Below, piece after piece: positions 9,410-17,234 of a stretch of DNA of 32,000 nt. The notes under the pieces are model-generated. The model was not told the origin of the DNA and ran no database searches. It worked only from the letters and a program-made list of their open reading frames with translations. The stretch is from the NCBI GenBank assembly GCA_964577555.1, contig CAZNZM010000007.1, positions 25,586 through 57,585 on the forward strand. Direction: 5' to 3'. Each line of letters begins with the position of its first letter. The first letter of the stretch is position 1. The DNA is from an uncultured archaeon (GTDB taxonomy: Archaea; Iainarchaeota; Iainarchaeia; Iainarchaeales; Iainarchaeaceae). The translations under genes were made by a program, and so were the position numbers.

Positions 9410-9724
9410 ATGAGTGAAAAAAATCCTATTGCAATACTTAAAGCTCTTTCTGACGAAACAAGGCTGAAAATACTTGAACTGCTTTTAGACGGGGAAAGAT
9501 GCGTCTGCGAGATTTTCCCAAAAGTAAAGAGAACGCAGTCAACTGTTTCAACCCAGTTAGGCACGCTTGAAAAAGCAGGCTTAATTGAATCACGAAGGCA
9601 GGGCAAAAAGGTTTTTTATAAAATCAAGAACCTGGTTGTTTACGATGTTTTCAAGGCTTTGGGTTATTCAAAAGGGATTTTGCTGAAAGAAACCCGTTGC
9701 ATGCAAGAGATGCATAAAAAATGA
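9410..9724 (+). CDS. ArsR/SmtB family transcriptional regulator
   Basis: LKALSDETRLKILELLLDGERCVCEI... followed by TVSTQLGTLEKAGLIESRRQGKKVFY, a classic ArsR winged helix with a CVC metal/metalloid site. Confidence 0.85.
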   Translation: MSEKNPIAILKALSDETRLKILELLLDGERCVCEIFPKVKRTQSTVSTQLGTLEKAGLIESRRQGKKVFYKIKNLVVYDVFKALGYSKGILLKETRCMQEMHKK

Positions 9725-10035
9725 AAATCTTTGATTTGAAAGAAAAAATTGTTTTTTTTCCGGAAAAGCCGATAAAAAGGCATTTTTTGAATGCCAAAGG
9801 CTTTCACGCGGCGATAATCTGCCTCAAAAAATGCATTGAACTAAAGCCACATCAAGAAGACTACGGAGTGATCTTAACATTCCTTGAAGGCAAAGGCACT
9901 TTCACAGACAGCAACTGCTCACCCCCCTTGACAAAAAACCAGGGCATTTACATAAAAAAAGATGAAATAAGAGGCATAAAACCAGAAAAAGACTTAGTAG
10001 TGCTTGGAATCCAAGACATGAGAAAGGTGTTGTAA
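9721..10035 (+). CDS. Hypothetical protein (possibly cupin-like)
   Basis: ATGA overlap with arsR. The beta-rich pattern ...LKPHQEDYGVILTFLEGKGTF...GIYIKKDEIRGI... is loosely cupin-like. The function call is weak. Confidence 0.4.
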   Translation: MKIFDLKEKIVFFPEKPIKRHFLNAKGFHAAIICLKKCIELKPHQEDYGVILTFLEGKGTFTDSNCSPPLTKNQGIYIKKDEIRGIKPEKDLVVLGIQDMRKVL

Positions 10036-10248
10036 TTGAAAGTCGTTGTCTACACTTATCCAACATGCACTTATTACCATATAGTGGAAACAAAAAACAT
10101 GAAAGCCAAAGAAGAAGTCTTCAAAAAAACAGGCTACCCCACAGTTCCGATAACTCTTGTCGACAAAGAATACGTTTTTAGGCTGGGACAAGGAAAAAAT
10201 GAAAAAACTCTTATGGTTGTGAAAAAATGGAAATACTTTCAACAATAA
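10036..10248 (+). CDS. Glutaredoxin-like small protein with degenerate CxxY site
   Basis: TTG start directly after the upstream stop. VVVYTYPTCTYYH occupies the CPYC position of glutaredoxin/NrdH, and GYPTVPITLVD matches the cis-Pro region. The second Cys is replaced by Tyr. Confidence 0.5.
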   Translation: MKVVVYTYPTCTYYHIVETKNMKAKEEVFKKTGYPTVPITLVDKEYVFRLGQGKNEKTLMVVKKWKYFQQ

Positions 10249-11426
10249 AAGAGTTCACAAAATCAAAATTCAATTTAGGCCTATTAATACTCCTGTTTTT
10301 GATTGGAATAATACTTCTTACACAGCCAGAAACGCAAGCACAGGACACCCAAGGAATGACAGTAAACTACTTTTACCTGACAACCTGCCCGCACTGCGCA
10401 GAACAAAAACCAATTATCTTGGAACTACAACAAGAAATGCCTGAAATCAACTTTGTTTTCCAAGATGCTTCTTCAACAAAAGGCTCTACATTGTTTTACC
10501 GAATGGCTTCAGAAGCAGGCATGGACACTTCAAGGCTTAGAACGCCAACAACCTTTGTGGGAAAAAAGCCGCTGGTTGGAGTGCACAGCAAACAGGAAAT
10601 ACTAAATGCAATCAATGAGTGCATTGAACAATGCCAAAAAGGTGGACAACAACCTCATGAAACACAGGAAATCAGTTCAAGCTTCACAGCCTTTGAGTTG
10701 CCTTTCTTGGGAAGAACTGACCTCACAACATTCTCAATTCCAACACTCGCAATAGTGCTTGGCTTAATCGACGGCTTTAATCCCTGCGCAATGTGGGTAC
10801 TCGTTTATCTGATAGCCTTGCTCATAAATATTGGCAATAAGAAAAAAATCTGGGCAATAGTAGGAAGCTTTGTGTTGGCATCAGGCATACTATACTTTTT
10901 GTTCATGACAGCCTGGCTGAATGTTTTCCTCTTGCTTGGCTATCTGAAGCCAATAACAATTCTGATTGGCCTGGTTGCTTTAGGAGAGGGAATCCTAAGC
11001 TTAAAAGAATACCTTACAACAAAAGGCGCGCTAACCTGCAAAGTTGGAGACGAAAGCTCCCACAAAAAAACAATGAACAAAGTCCAGGAACTAATCTCAA
11101 AGCCATTGTCAATCACTGTTTTGTTTGGAATATTTGCACTGGCTTTTGTAGTGAACTCAGTAGAATTCGTTTGCTCTGCGGCAATTCCCGCGGTTTTCAC
11201 ACAAATTCTTGCATTAAGCGGCCTCTCAACAATAGAACACTATTGGTATATCCTGCTCTACGTTTTGTTCTTCATGCTTGACGACCTAATAATATTCGGG
11301 TTGGCTGCATTTGCAGTGAACAGCAACTTTGGAGAAAAATACGCAAAATACTGCAAAGCAATAGGAGGAATAATCCTCGTAATTTTAGGATTAGTACTGT
11401 TGTTTGCACCACATTTACTGAGATGA
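10227..11426 (+). CDS. Thioredoxin-fold (CPHC) domain fused to a polytopic membrane domain (DsbD/CcdA-like thiol-disulfide transfer protein)
   Basis: Signal/anchor helix, then YLTTCPHCAEQKP (CxxC). A membrane domain of about 6 helices follows, with LIDGFNPCAMWVL and FVCSAAIP cysteines. Confidence 0.6.
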   Translation: MEILSTIKEFTKSKFNLGLLILLFLIGIILLTQPETQAQDTQGMTVNYFYLTTCPHCAEQKPIILELQQEMPEINFVFQDASSTKGSTLFYRMASEAGMDTSRLRTPTTFVGKKPLVGVHSKQEILNAINECIEQCQKGGQQPHETQEISSSFTAFELPFLGRTDLTTFSIPTLAIVLGLIDGFNPCAMWVLVYLIALLINIGNKKKIWAIVGSFVLASGILYFLFMTAWLNVFLLLGYLKPITILIGLVALGEGILSLKEYLTTKGALTCKVGDESSHKKTMNKVQELISKPLSITVLFGIFALAFVVNSVEFVCSAAIPAVFTQILALSGLSTIEHYWYILLYVLFFMLDDLIIFGLAAFAVNSNFGEKYAKYCKAIGGIILVILGLVLLFAPHLLR

Positions 11427-11436
11427 AAGTGAAAAT

Positions 11437-12543
11437 ATGAAAGAAAAAAATACATTTATAATAATTACCGCCCTGTTCCTGGCATTTTATTTTATGCCTG
11501 TTGGAAGCCAATGGCTGGACAATGCACTGTTAAGCGGTTTTGCATTGCTGCATGAATATGCCATACAGCATGTCCTAACCTGCCTTGTTCCGGCATTCTT
11601 TATTGCAGGAGCAATTGCTGTTTTTGTGAAGAAACAGGCAGTGCTGAAATACTTAGGCGGAAAAGCAAAGCCCTACCTTTCCTATCCAATTGCTTCTGTT
11701 TCTGGAACAATTCTTGCAGTCTGCAGTTGCACAATTCTCCCTTTATTTGCAGGAATATACAAGCGAGGTGCCGGGCTTGGACCAGCAATTGCGTTCCTTT
11801 ACTCTGGACCTGCAATTAATGTCGCCGCAATCTTTCTTACTGCAAACGTTTTGGGCTTTAAAATTGGATTAGCCAGAGCTGTTGCAGCAATTTCTTTAGC
11901 AGTGCTTGTTGGCCTGACAATGGCATTCCTTTTCAGGGAAAAAAGCACAAAACAAGAAATTGCAATAGAAGAAGAAACCAAACAAAAAACTTCAAAAACC
12001 GCAATCGGATTATTTTTTGCCTCAATGGTTGGAATTCTAGTTGTGAATGGCCTGCAAATAGACGCAGTAATAAAATGGGTTGTAATGATTGCGCTTACAA
12101 TTGCAACAGCAGCAATAGCTTTCCTAAAATTCAAAACCGAAACAAGAAATGCTTGGTTATCGGAAACCTGGAGCATAAGCAAACTGCTTACCCCATACTT
12201 GTTCATTGGTGTATTCATAGTGGGATTCATTCAACCACTAATACCAGAACGACTTATAGTACAATGGGTTGGCTCAAACACAATACAAGCAAACCTCTTG
12301 GCAGCAGTGTTTGGCGCATTCATGTATTTTTCAACACTAACAGAAGTGCCAATAATGCAAGCACTAATAGCAAAAGGAATGAATCAAGGTCCAGCCCTAG
12401 CTTTGTTGCTTTCAGGCCCGTCATTAAGCCTGCCCGCAATGTTGGTTATAAGAAAAGTTTTGGGAAACAAAAAAACAATTGCTTACGTTGCAATAGTAAT
12501 AATTTATTCAGCCTTGGCAGGGCTAATATTTGGCATGATTTAA
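11437..12543 (+). CDS. Predicted permease (ArsP_1 / YraQ-like family)
   Basis: Polytopic membrane protein with the characteristic AVCSCTILPLFAG motif and a two-halves architecture split by a charged loop. Confidence 0.75.
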   Translation: MKEKNTFIIITALFLAFYFMPVGSQWLDNALLSGFALLHEYAIQHVLTCLVPAFFIAGAIAVFVKKQAVLKYLGGKAKPYLSYPIASVSGTILAVCSCTILPLFAGIYKRGAGLGPAIAFLYSGPAINVAAIFLTANVLGFKIGLARAVAAISLAVLVGLTMAFLFREKSTKQEIAIEEETKQKTSKTAIGLFFASMVGILVVNGLQIDAVIKWVVMIALTIATAAIAFLKFKTETRNAWLSETWSISKLLTPYLFIGVFIVGFIQPLIPERLIVQWVGSNTIQANLLAAVFGAFMYFSTLTEVPIMQALIAKGMNQGPALALLLSGPSLSLPAMLVIRKVLGNKKTIAYVAIVIIYSALAGLIFGMI

Positions 12544-12553
12544 GGGGGAAAAA

Positions 12554-12784
12554 TTGATGAAAATACAAGTGTTAGGAACAGGCTGCCCAAAATGCAAACA
12601 ACTTGAAGCAAACGTAAAAAAAGCTTTGGAAGAAACTGGAAAAAAAGCAGAAATAGAAAAAGTGACAAACATAACCAAAATAATCGAGTTCGGGGCAATA
12701 GCAACTCCAACATTAGCCATTGATGGAAAAATCATTTGCAGCGGCTGCATTCCCACAACAGAAGAAATCAAGAAATGGCTATAA
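12554..12784 (+). CDS. Redox-active disulfide protein 2 (small thioredoxin-family protein)
   Basis: MKIQVLGTGCPKCKQLEANVKKAL... with a 76-aa length and ATPTLAIDGK motif. This type of gene usually follows the YraQ-like permease. Confidence 0.8.
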   Translation: MMKIQVLGTGCPKCKQLEANVKKALEETGKKAEIEKVTNITKIIEFGAIATPTLAIDGKIICSGCIPTTEEIKKWL

Positions 12785-12824
12785 AAACAATACTTTAAAG
12801 CAATAATCCCTACACATTACAATC

Positions 12825-12840
12825 GGCAATGATGAGGTGA
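12825..12840. repeat. Left copy of 16-bp direct repeat GGCAATGATGAGGTGA (candidate attL core)
   Basis: Exact match to 23313-23328. It lies 67 bp upstream of the integrase ATG. An inward subterminal site GGCAATCATAGTAA lies at 12859-12872. Confidence 0.55.
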
Positions 12841-12906
12841 GTTACTATAGTGTCGTATGGCAATCATAGTAAGGGTTTTTAAACACTGTGCAGCACTATA
12901 GTAGCT

Positions 12907-14199
12907 ATGGAATCAAAGGATGATTACAATCTGCGGTTTACCCTGCAAAAGCTTGGCAATTCGCCAATGCTTGCCTGCAACAAAGAGAAGCTTTTGGAAT
13001 ACTATAACGAAAAAGTCGCCAACGGCATCAAAAAAACAAGTTATGCTTTTGTCTTGCGAATTTTAATAAAGCTCGGAGAGCACTTTCCTGACAAAAAGTT
13101 TGAGGATGTTTCAAAACAGGAAATGGTTTCCTTCATTAACGGCTTGAAGCCTGAAAAACATGTTTTGCCCCAAAAGCACGGCGGAGTAGTTGTTTTTGAA
13201 AAAGCTGCTTTCAGCGATAACACATTATGGCAACTCAAAGCAGCGATTAAAACATTTTACCGTTGGCTTTTTGGCGTTGGCTCTACAGACACTCCGCCGG
13301 AAGCAGTGAAATGGATTAGGAAGGAAGGCCATTCCAATGGAAAGCTTGAGGACAATTTCAAGAAAGAAATTTTGTCTATTAAAGAAGTTACTGAACTGAT
13401 TAACTGCGCCCACAATCCTCGGGATAAGGCAGTAATTGCGATTTTGTGGGAATCCGGCTTGAGGGCTTCTGAATTTTTGGGAATGAAAAAGAGCTGTTTG
13501 CAATGGCACAACCAGTATGTTGAATTTGAAGCATCCGGAAAGACTGGAAAACGGAATGTTATCCTCGTTCAATCAAAGCCTCATTTGGAAATTTGGCTTA
13601 ACGAGTTGGAGCGCAGGAAAAGCCAGTTAGCGCCTGGCCTGCAGGATTGCATTTGGATTGCTTTTAACAAGAAGGGCCTGAGAAACAACACGCTTGGCAA
13701 CAAGCTGCTTACAAGAGACAATTTGAACAACATGCTCAAAATCAATGCCAAAAGAGCAGGCATTCAAAAAAGAGTTTGGACTCATGGTTTGAGGCATTCT
13801 GCAGCTACTCGCGATGCTGCTAATGGCTGGAATGAAGCAAAGCTCCGCATCAAATACGGTTGGAGCAAAAAAAGCAATATGCCAAGCACTTATACTCACC
13901 TTGCAAACAGCGATTTGAAGGATACTATTTTGGAAGAGAATGGGATTATTGAGCACAAGCAAAACCAACAAAAATCCCTATTGGAAAATACTGTAAAGTG
14001 CTTGTTTTGCTTCACAGCCAACTTGCAGGAAAACGATTACTGCACCAAATGCGGCAGGCCATTAAAAGAAGAACAATTCAAGGCATTAGAGAAAAAAGCC
14101 GAAACAACAGAAGTACTGCAAAAAATGATACAACAAGAACTAGAAAGCAAGGGCATTGACATTGCACAAATAGCAAAAATTTTGACAATAAATGGCTGA
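12907..14199 (+). CDS. Tyrosine recombinase / phage-type integrase with C-terminal zinc ribbon
   Basis: Catalytic residues are in order: ESGLRASEF (Arg), HGLRHSAATRDA (HxxR) and PSTYTHL (Tyr). A C-terminal CLFC...CTKCG zinc ribbon is present. Confidence 0.85.
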   Translation: MESKDDYNLRFTLQKLGNSPMLACNKEKLLEYYNEKVANGIKKTSYAFVLRILIKLGEHFPDKKFEDVSKQEMVSFINGLKPEKHVLPQKHGGVVVFEKAAFSDNTLWQLKAAIKTFYRWLFGVGSTDTPPEAVKWIRKEGHSNGKLEDNFKKEILSIKEVTELINCAHNPRDKAVIAILWESGLRASEFLGMKKSCLQWHNQYVEFEASGKTGKRNVILVQSKPHLEIWLNELERRKSQLAPGLQDCIWIAFNKKGLRNNTLGNKLLTRDNLNNMLKINAKRAGIQKRVWTHGLRHSAATRDAANGWNEAKLRIKYGWSKKSNMPSTYTHLANSDLKDTILEENGIIEHKQNQQKSLLENTVKCLFCFTANLQENDYCTKCGRPLKEEQFKALEKKAETTEVLQKMIQQELESKGIDIAQIAKILTING

Positions 14200-14208
14200 C
14201 TATCCAGG

Positions 14209-14249
14209 TTAGGCAACAAGAATTCTGCTCGTTGTTTGCCTAAATTTTT
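14209..14249 (+). terminator. Hairpin plus T5 downstream of the integrase gene
   Basis: TTAGGCAACAA (14209-14219) pairs with TTGTTTGCCTAA (14232-14243) with one bulge, followed by ATTTTT. Confidence 0.4.
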
Positions 14250-14392
14250 GTATTACAATTATATTGTTACAATAGAATTGTGATATAAAATACGGTCCTG
14301 CGTTTGTATTACAGTTTAACACTTTTTGTTAAATTATGATATAAATCACAATTCTCCTGTTTTGGGCGAATTATAATACAAATTGAATTATG

Positions 14393-14731
14393 TTATTTTT
14401 GCTGCGGATTGATTTTCAGCATTTCAAGAATCAGCTTGTCAATCGCATCTTGTTGCTCTTTTGTAATCGTCCCAATTTTGCTTTTGAATCTGCTGTCATC
14501 CATTGCAGTTATTTGGAAAACGAGTGCAATACTGTCTTTGCTCAAGCCGTTTTCCGGCCTTGGCTCAATGTGCAAGGTAAAAGAAAAAGTTGCTTTGTCT
14601 GTGCTGCCGGTAAGTGGGATAATTGTGGTTAAACCGTTAGCTCTGCAAAGAACAACTGCTGGTCTTTCTCCTTTTTGTTCATGACCTTTGCCCTCTGGCA
14701 AGTCCACAAACCAGACTTCGCCTTTCCTCAT
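14393..14731 (-). CDS. mazF: MazF/PemK family endoribonuclease toxin
   Basis: MRKGEVWFVDLPEGKGHEQKGERPAVVL... and IIPLTGS... are the canonical PemK/MazF N-terminal and core motifs. Length is 112 aa. Confidence 0.85.
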   Translation of the reverse strand: MRKGEVWFVDLPEGKGHEQKGERPAVVLCRANGLTTIIPLTGSTDKATFSFTLHIEPRPENGLSKDSIALVFQITAMDDSRFKSKIGTITKEQQDAIDKLILEMLKINPQQK

Positions 14732-14737
14732 TCAAAA

Positions 14738-15268
14738 CTAGCTCCGTATTGATTTTGCTGATGCTTCCTGCCAAGGCTTCAACTCTGCTTTCAAATCTGC
14801 CAGTTCTTTTTCGCTTGGCCTGAACAAAAACTCTTTTGCTTTTGAAACACCAACAGCGATTTGTGCTTCAGAATAAAACGATTTCATTCTCTTTACATTT
14901 TTCAAAGCAGTTATTGGGTCTTGTTTTTGGCCAAATGCAAAAAAGGAATATGTTGCAGCAACTTCCAAGGCGCTGGGCTTTAACTCGGAAAACAATTCCT
15001 TAAATTCTTGAATGTCTTTTGATTCTGTGCTTGAAAGGTGTGCGGAGCTATCCAAATGCTCAATCTTTTTTCTATTTTCATAAACTTGGTCAGTCAAGTC
15101 TTTGGAATACGGCCCGCGGACATACAAATGAAAATTAAAGCCAGATTTTATGCCCTTCAAGTCCAAAAGATAAACTGCTTTTTGAATAATCAAGCGATCC
15201 TCAAAATCGTCAATCTTCGGCTTGAAACCCAACTCTTTAAAGCACGCAATAACTTTATCCAAATTCAT
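14738..15268 (-). CDS. Hypothetical protein, DUF4065/Panacea-like (candidate antitoxin for MazF)
   Basis: Lies 6 nt upstream of mazF. The start is set at the ATG forming an ATGA overlap with the upstream wHTH stop. IIQKAVYLLDLKG...YVRGPYSKDLTDQVYE resembles the DUF4065 pattern (..QK..YL...GP...ly). By-eye only. Confidence 0.45.
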   Translation of the reverse strand: MNLDKVIACFKELGFKPKIDDFEDRLIIQKAVYLLDLKGIKSGFNFHLYVRGPYSKDLTDQVYENRKKIEHLDSSAHLSSTESKDIQEFKELFSELKPSALEVAATYSFFAFGQKQDPITALKNVKRMKSFYSEAQIAVGVSKAKEFLFRPSEKELADLKAELKPWQEASAKSIRS

Positions 15269-15597
15269 TTTTTCACCCCACATTCAACTAATTTCTTCAA
15301 CCAATCTTTTATGTGCTCCCATGCCTGTTGACCTTCCTGAGTTATTTGGTAGGTTTCCAATTCTTTACCTTCCAAAGTAATCTTTTTTGAAGTAATATAA
15401 CTCATTTCTTTCAAGGCATTAAGATTTGTGTAAAGCGCCCCGTCACTAACTTGCAGAACCGCTTTCAATTCTCTGTAGGACACTCCATCTTGCCCAACGC
15501 TGGCGATGCTTGAAAGCAGTTGCAGCCGGATCAATGAAAAAACGCTTGAATTCAAAGCTTTTGACTCTTCAATCAAGGATAAAAAATCGCTATTCAT
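15265..15597 (-). CDS. Winged-helix transcriptional regulator (ArsR/PadR-like)
   Basis: LIRLQLLSSIASVGQDGVSYRELKAVLQVSDGALYTNLNALKEMSYITSKK...ETYQITQEGQ is a typical wHTH with a beta-hairpin wing. It is the first gene of the three-gene minus-strand unit. Confidence 0.7.
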   Translation of the reverse strand: MNSDFLSLIEESKALNSSVFSLIRLQLLSSIASVGQDGVSYRELKAVLQVSDGALYTNLNALKEMSYITSKKITLEGKELETYQITQEGQQAWEHIKDWLKKLVECGVKK

Positions 15598-15701
15598 AAC
15601 TATGCCAACTATGGTGCATTTCTATAAGAATTGAACAACCAATAAGTATAAAAGCTTTTAGTATTACTTTAATTTTAAAAGCATTTATAAAAGTTGATTT
15701 T

Positions 15702-15995
15702 ATGGTCAATCTCTACAGAAGAGGCAGGATTGCTGAAGGAAAGGTTGCAAGCGACCTTCGCTCCAAAGGCTTCAGAAACATTCGTCAAAGCGCTGGAAGC
15801 CGCGGGCCTGCTGACATTTACGCTTACAAGGGCGGTCAAAAATACTATGTTCAAGTAAAAAGCGGAACCGCAAGAATAAATTCCCAAGGCATAAACCGGC
15901 TGCGCAGACTGGCCAGAGACAGAGGCGGCACAGCAGTAGTCATTAACCGCCAAAACGCAAAAAATAAATGGCGCTTCTTTGGAAACTGGGGGTGA
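15702..15995 (+). CDS. Hjc-like PD-(D/E)xK nuclease (Holliday junction resolvase-like)
   Basis: RRGRIAEGKVASDLRSKGFRNIRQSAGSRGPADIYAYKGGQKYYVQVKSG is collinear with the archaeal Hjc core (..ER.l...L...Gf.v.R...S....D..A......iEvK). The E-x-K position reads Q-V-K. Confidence 0.6.
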   Translation: MVNLYRRGRIAEGKVASDLRSKGFRNIRQSAGSRGPADIYAYKGGQKYYVQVKSGTARINSQGINRLRRLARDRGGTAVVINRQNAKNKWRFFGNWG

Positions 15996-16000
15996 AATAA

Positions 16001-16195
16001 ATGGTTCAGAAACTGTTTGGATTGGGCCTTGGAGCAACAGGAATAGTTGGAGTTTTAATTGTAGCTGGAATACTCCTTAAAGGAGCAAATATTGCACCAA
16101 GCCAAGGCGACCTTGCAATTTCAGCAGGAATCGGTATAGGAGTAATCTTAGGCCTGCTCGGAATCTTCAGCGTGGTAAAAAGGTTGGCCTATTAG
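16001..16195 (+). CDS. Small two-helix glycine-zipper membrane peptide
   Basis: 64 aa with two hydrophobic helices rich in GxxxG (GLGLGATGIVGVLIVAG; GIGIGVILGLLGIF). ATG lies 5 nt after the nuclease stop, with GGGGTGA just upstream. Confidence 0.5.
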   Translation: MVQKLFGLGLGATGIVGVLIVAGILLKGANIAPSQGDLAISAGIGIGVILGLLGIFSVVKRLAY

Positions 16196-17220
16196 ATTCT
16201 TTGTTCAAAATAAGCTTTCCAGAATTTGGCGTTTTCTATTATTCTTTTTGCTATTTTGTCTGGTTCTGAAATATGTTCTGACAAAATCCCCGTCAATTCT
16301 TTTTCTCCTATTGCAGCCAAATCAGTGGTCTTTATGCTTTGGCACGAGACCTTTTTCATAATCCCTTCAAATATCGCATCATTGTTCTTTCGCAATTTTT
16401 CCAAATCAGACTTTTTAATTAAGTAATCCTCTACCAAGAATAACAAATTTGGCAATTCTATAATGTCTTTTGTTGAGATATTCTTCTTAAGTTTTATGTA
16501 TTCTACTACCTCTTGCGGTTTCATTATATCTTCTGCTTTTAAAATATCAAGAAATGTTCTAGCCTTTGTAACTATTTTCTTATCGCAAACCATTTTTCTT
16601 AAATCCACAACTATCGCAAAATTGATAATGTATTTGTAGTCCTTTGGCAACCCCTTGAGAACATTTCTTTTGATCCAACTTTTCAAATCAAATCCGACCT
16701 GTATAAAATCAGCTTTAACAGGGGGTAGAACGTAAATTCCATAACCAAATGTTTTGAAACCTAGCGATAGCAATTTTTTCTGAATTCGTTTTTTTGGTTC
16801 ATTATATTTTTGGATTATGATTGTTGGCAAAGGCGCATCTAATTTTGCAATTAGCTCTTCTTTGGTTATATTTTCTCTTTGTAGCATTTCATTTATTTTG
16901 TCCAGAAATTTTCTCAATTCACTTTTCTCAAATGTTGCTTCAGATTTTTCTTTTTCAAGCTTTTCAGATTTTTGCAATTCTGACTCATACTTTTGTTTAT
17001 ATTCTGTGACGGCTTTCTCGTAATCAGTTTTTGCTTTGTTCCCTTGGTAGTATTGATAAACTGAAAATAGTAGGCCAGCAAATCCAACTATAAAAGTAAT
17101 AAAACTAATCGCGCCCTGATCCACGTAAAAATAAAGCACACTACCCGCAGCAAGAATTAAGAGACTTACAACAGCAAACCATCGCTTTTTAAGTTCTTGA
17201 AAAATATTCTCTAATGGCAT
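16192..17220 (-). CDS. Membrane-anchored coiled-coil protein of unknown function (fourth gene of the R-M operon)
   Basis: The track start at 17256 is TTG inside res. The first ATG is at 17220 (MPLENIF...), 14 nt after the res stop. The protein has two TM helices, a charged heptad-like stretch KQKYESELQKSEKLEKEKSEATFEKSELRKFLDKINEM and a C-terminal domain of about 230 aa with no motif I recognise. Confidence 0.7.
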   Translation of the reverse strand: MPLENIFQELKKRWFAVVSLLILAAGSVLYFYVDQGAISFITFIVGFAGLLFSVYQYYQGNKAKTDYEKAVTEYKQKYESELQKSEKLEKEKSEATFEKSELRKFLDKINEMLQRENITKEELIAKLDAPLPTIIIQKYNEPKKRIQKKLLSLGFKTFGYGIYVLPPVKADFIQVGFDLKSWIKRNVLKGLPKDYKYIINFAIVVDLRKMVCDKKIVTKARTFLDILKAEDIMKPQEVVEYIKLKKNISTKDIIELPNLLFLVEDYLIKKSDLEKLRKNNDAIFEGIMKKVSCQSIKTTDLAAIGEKELTGILSEHISEPDKIAKRIIENAKFWKAYFEQRI

Positions 17221-17234
17221 AAATATGACAATTA

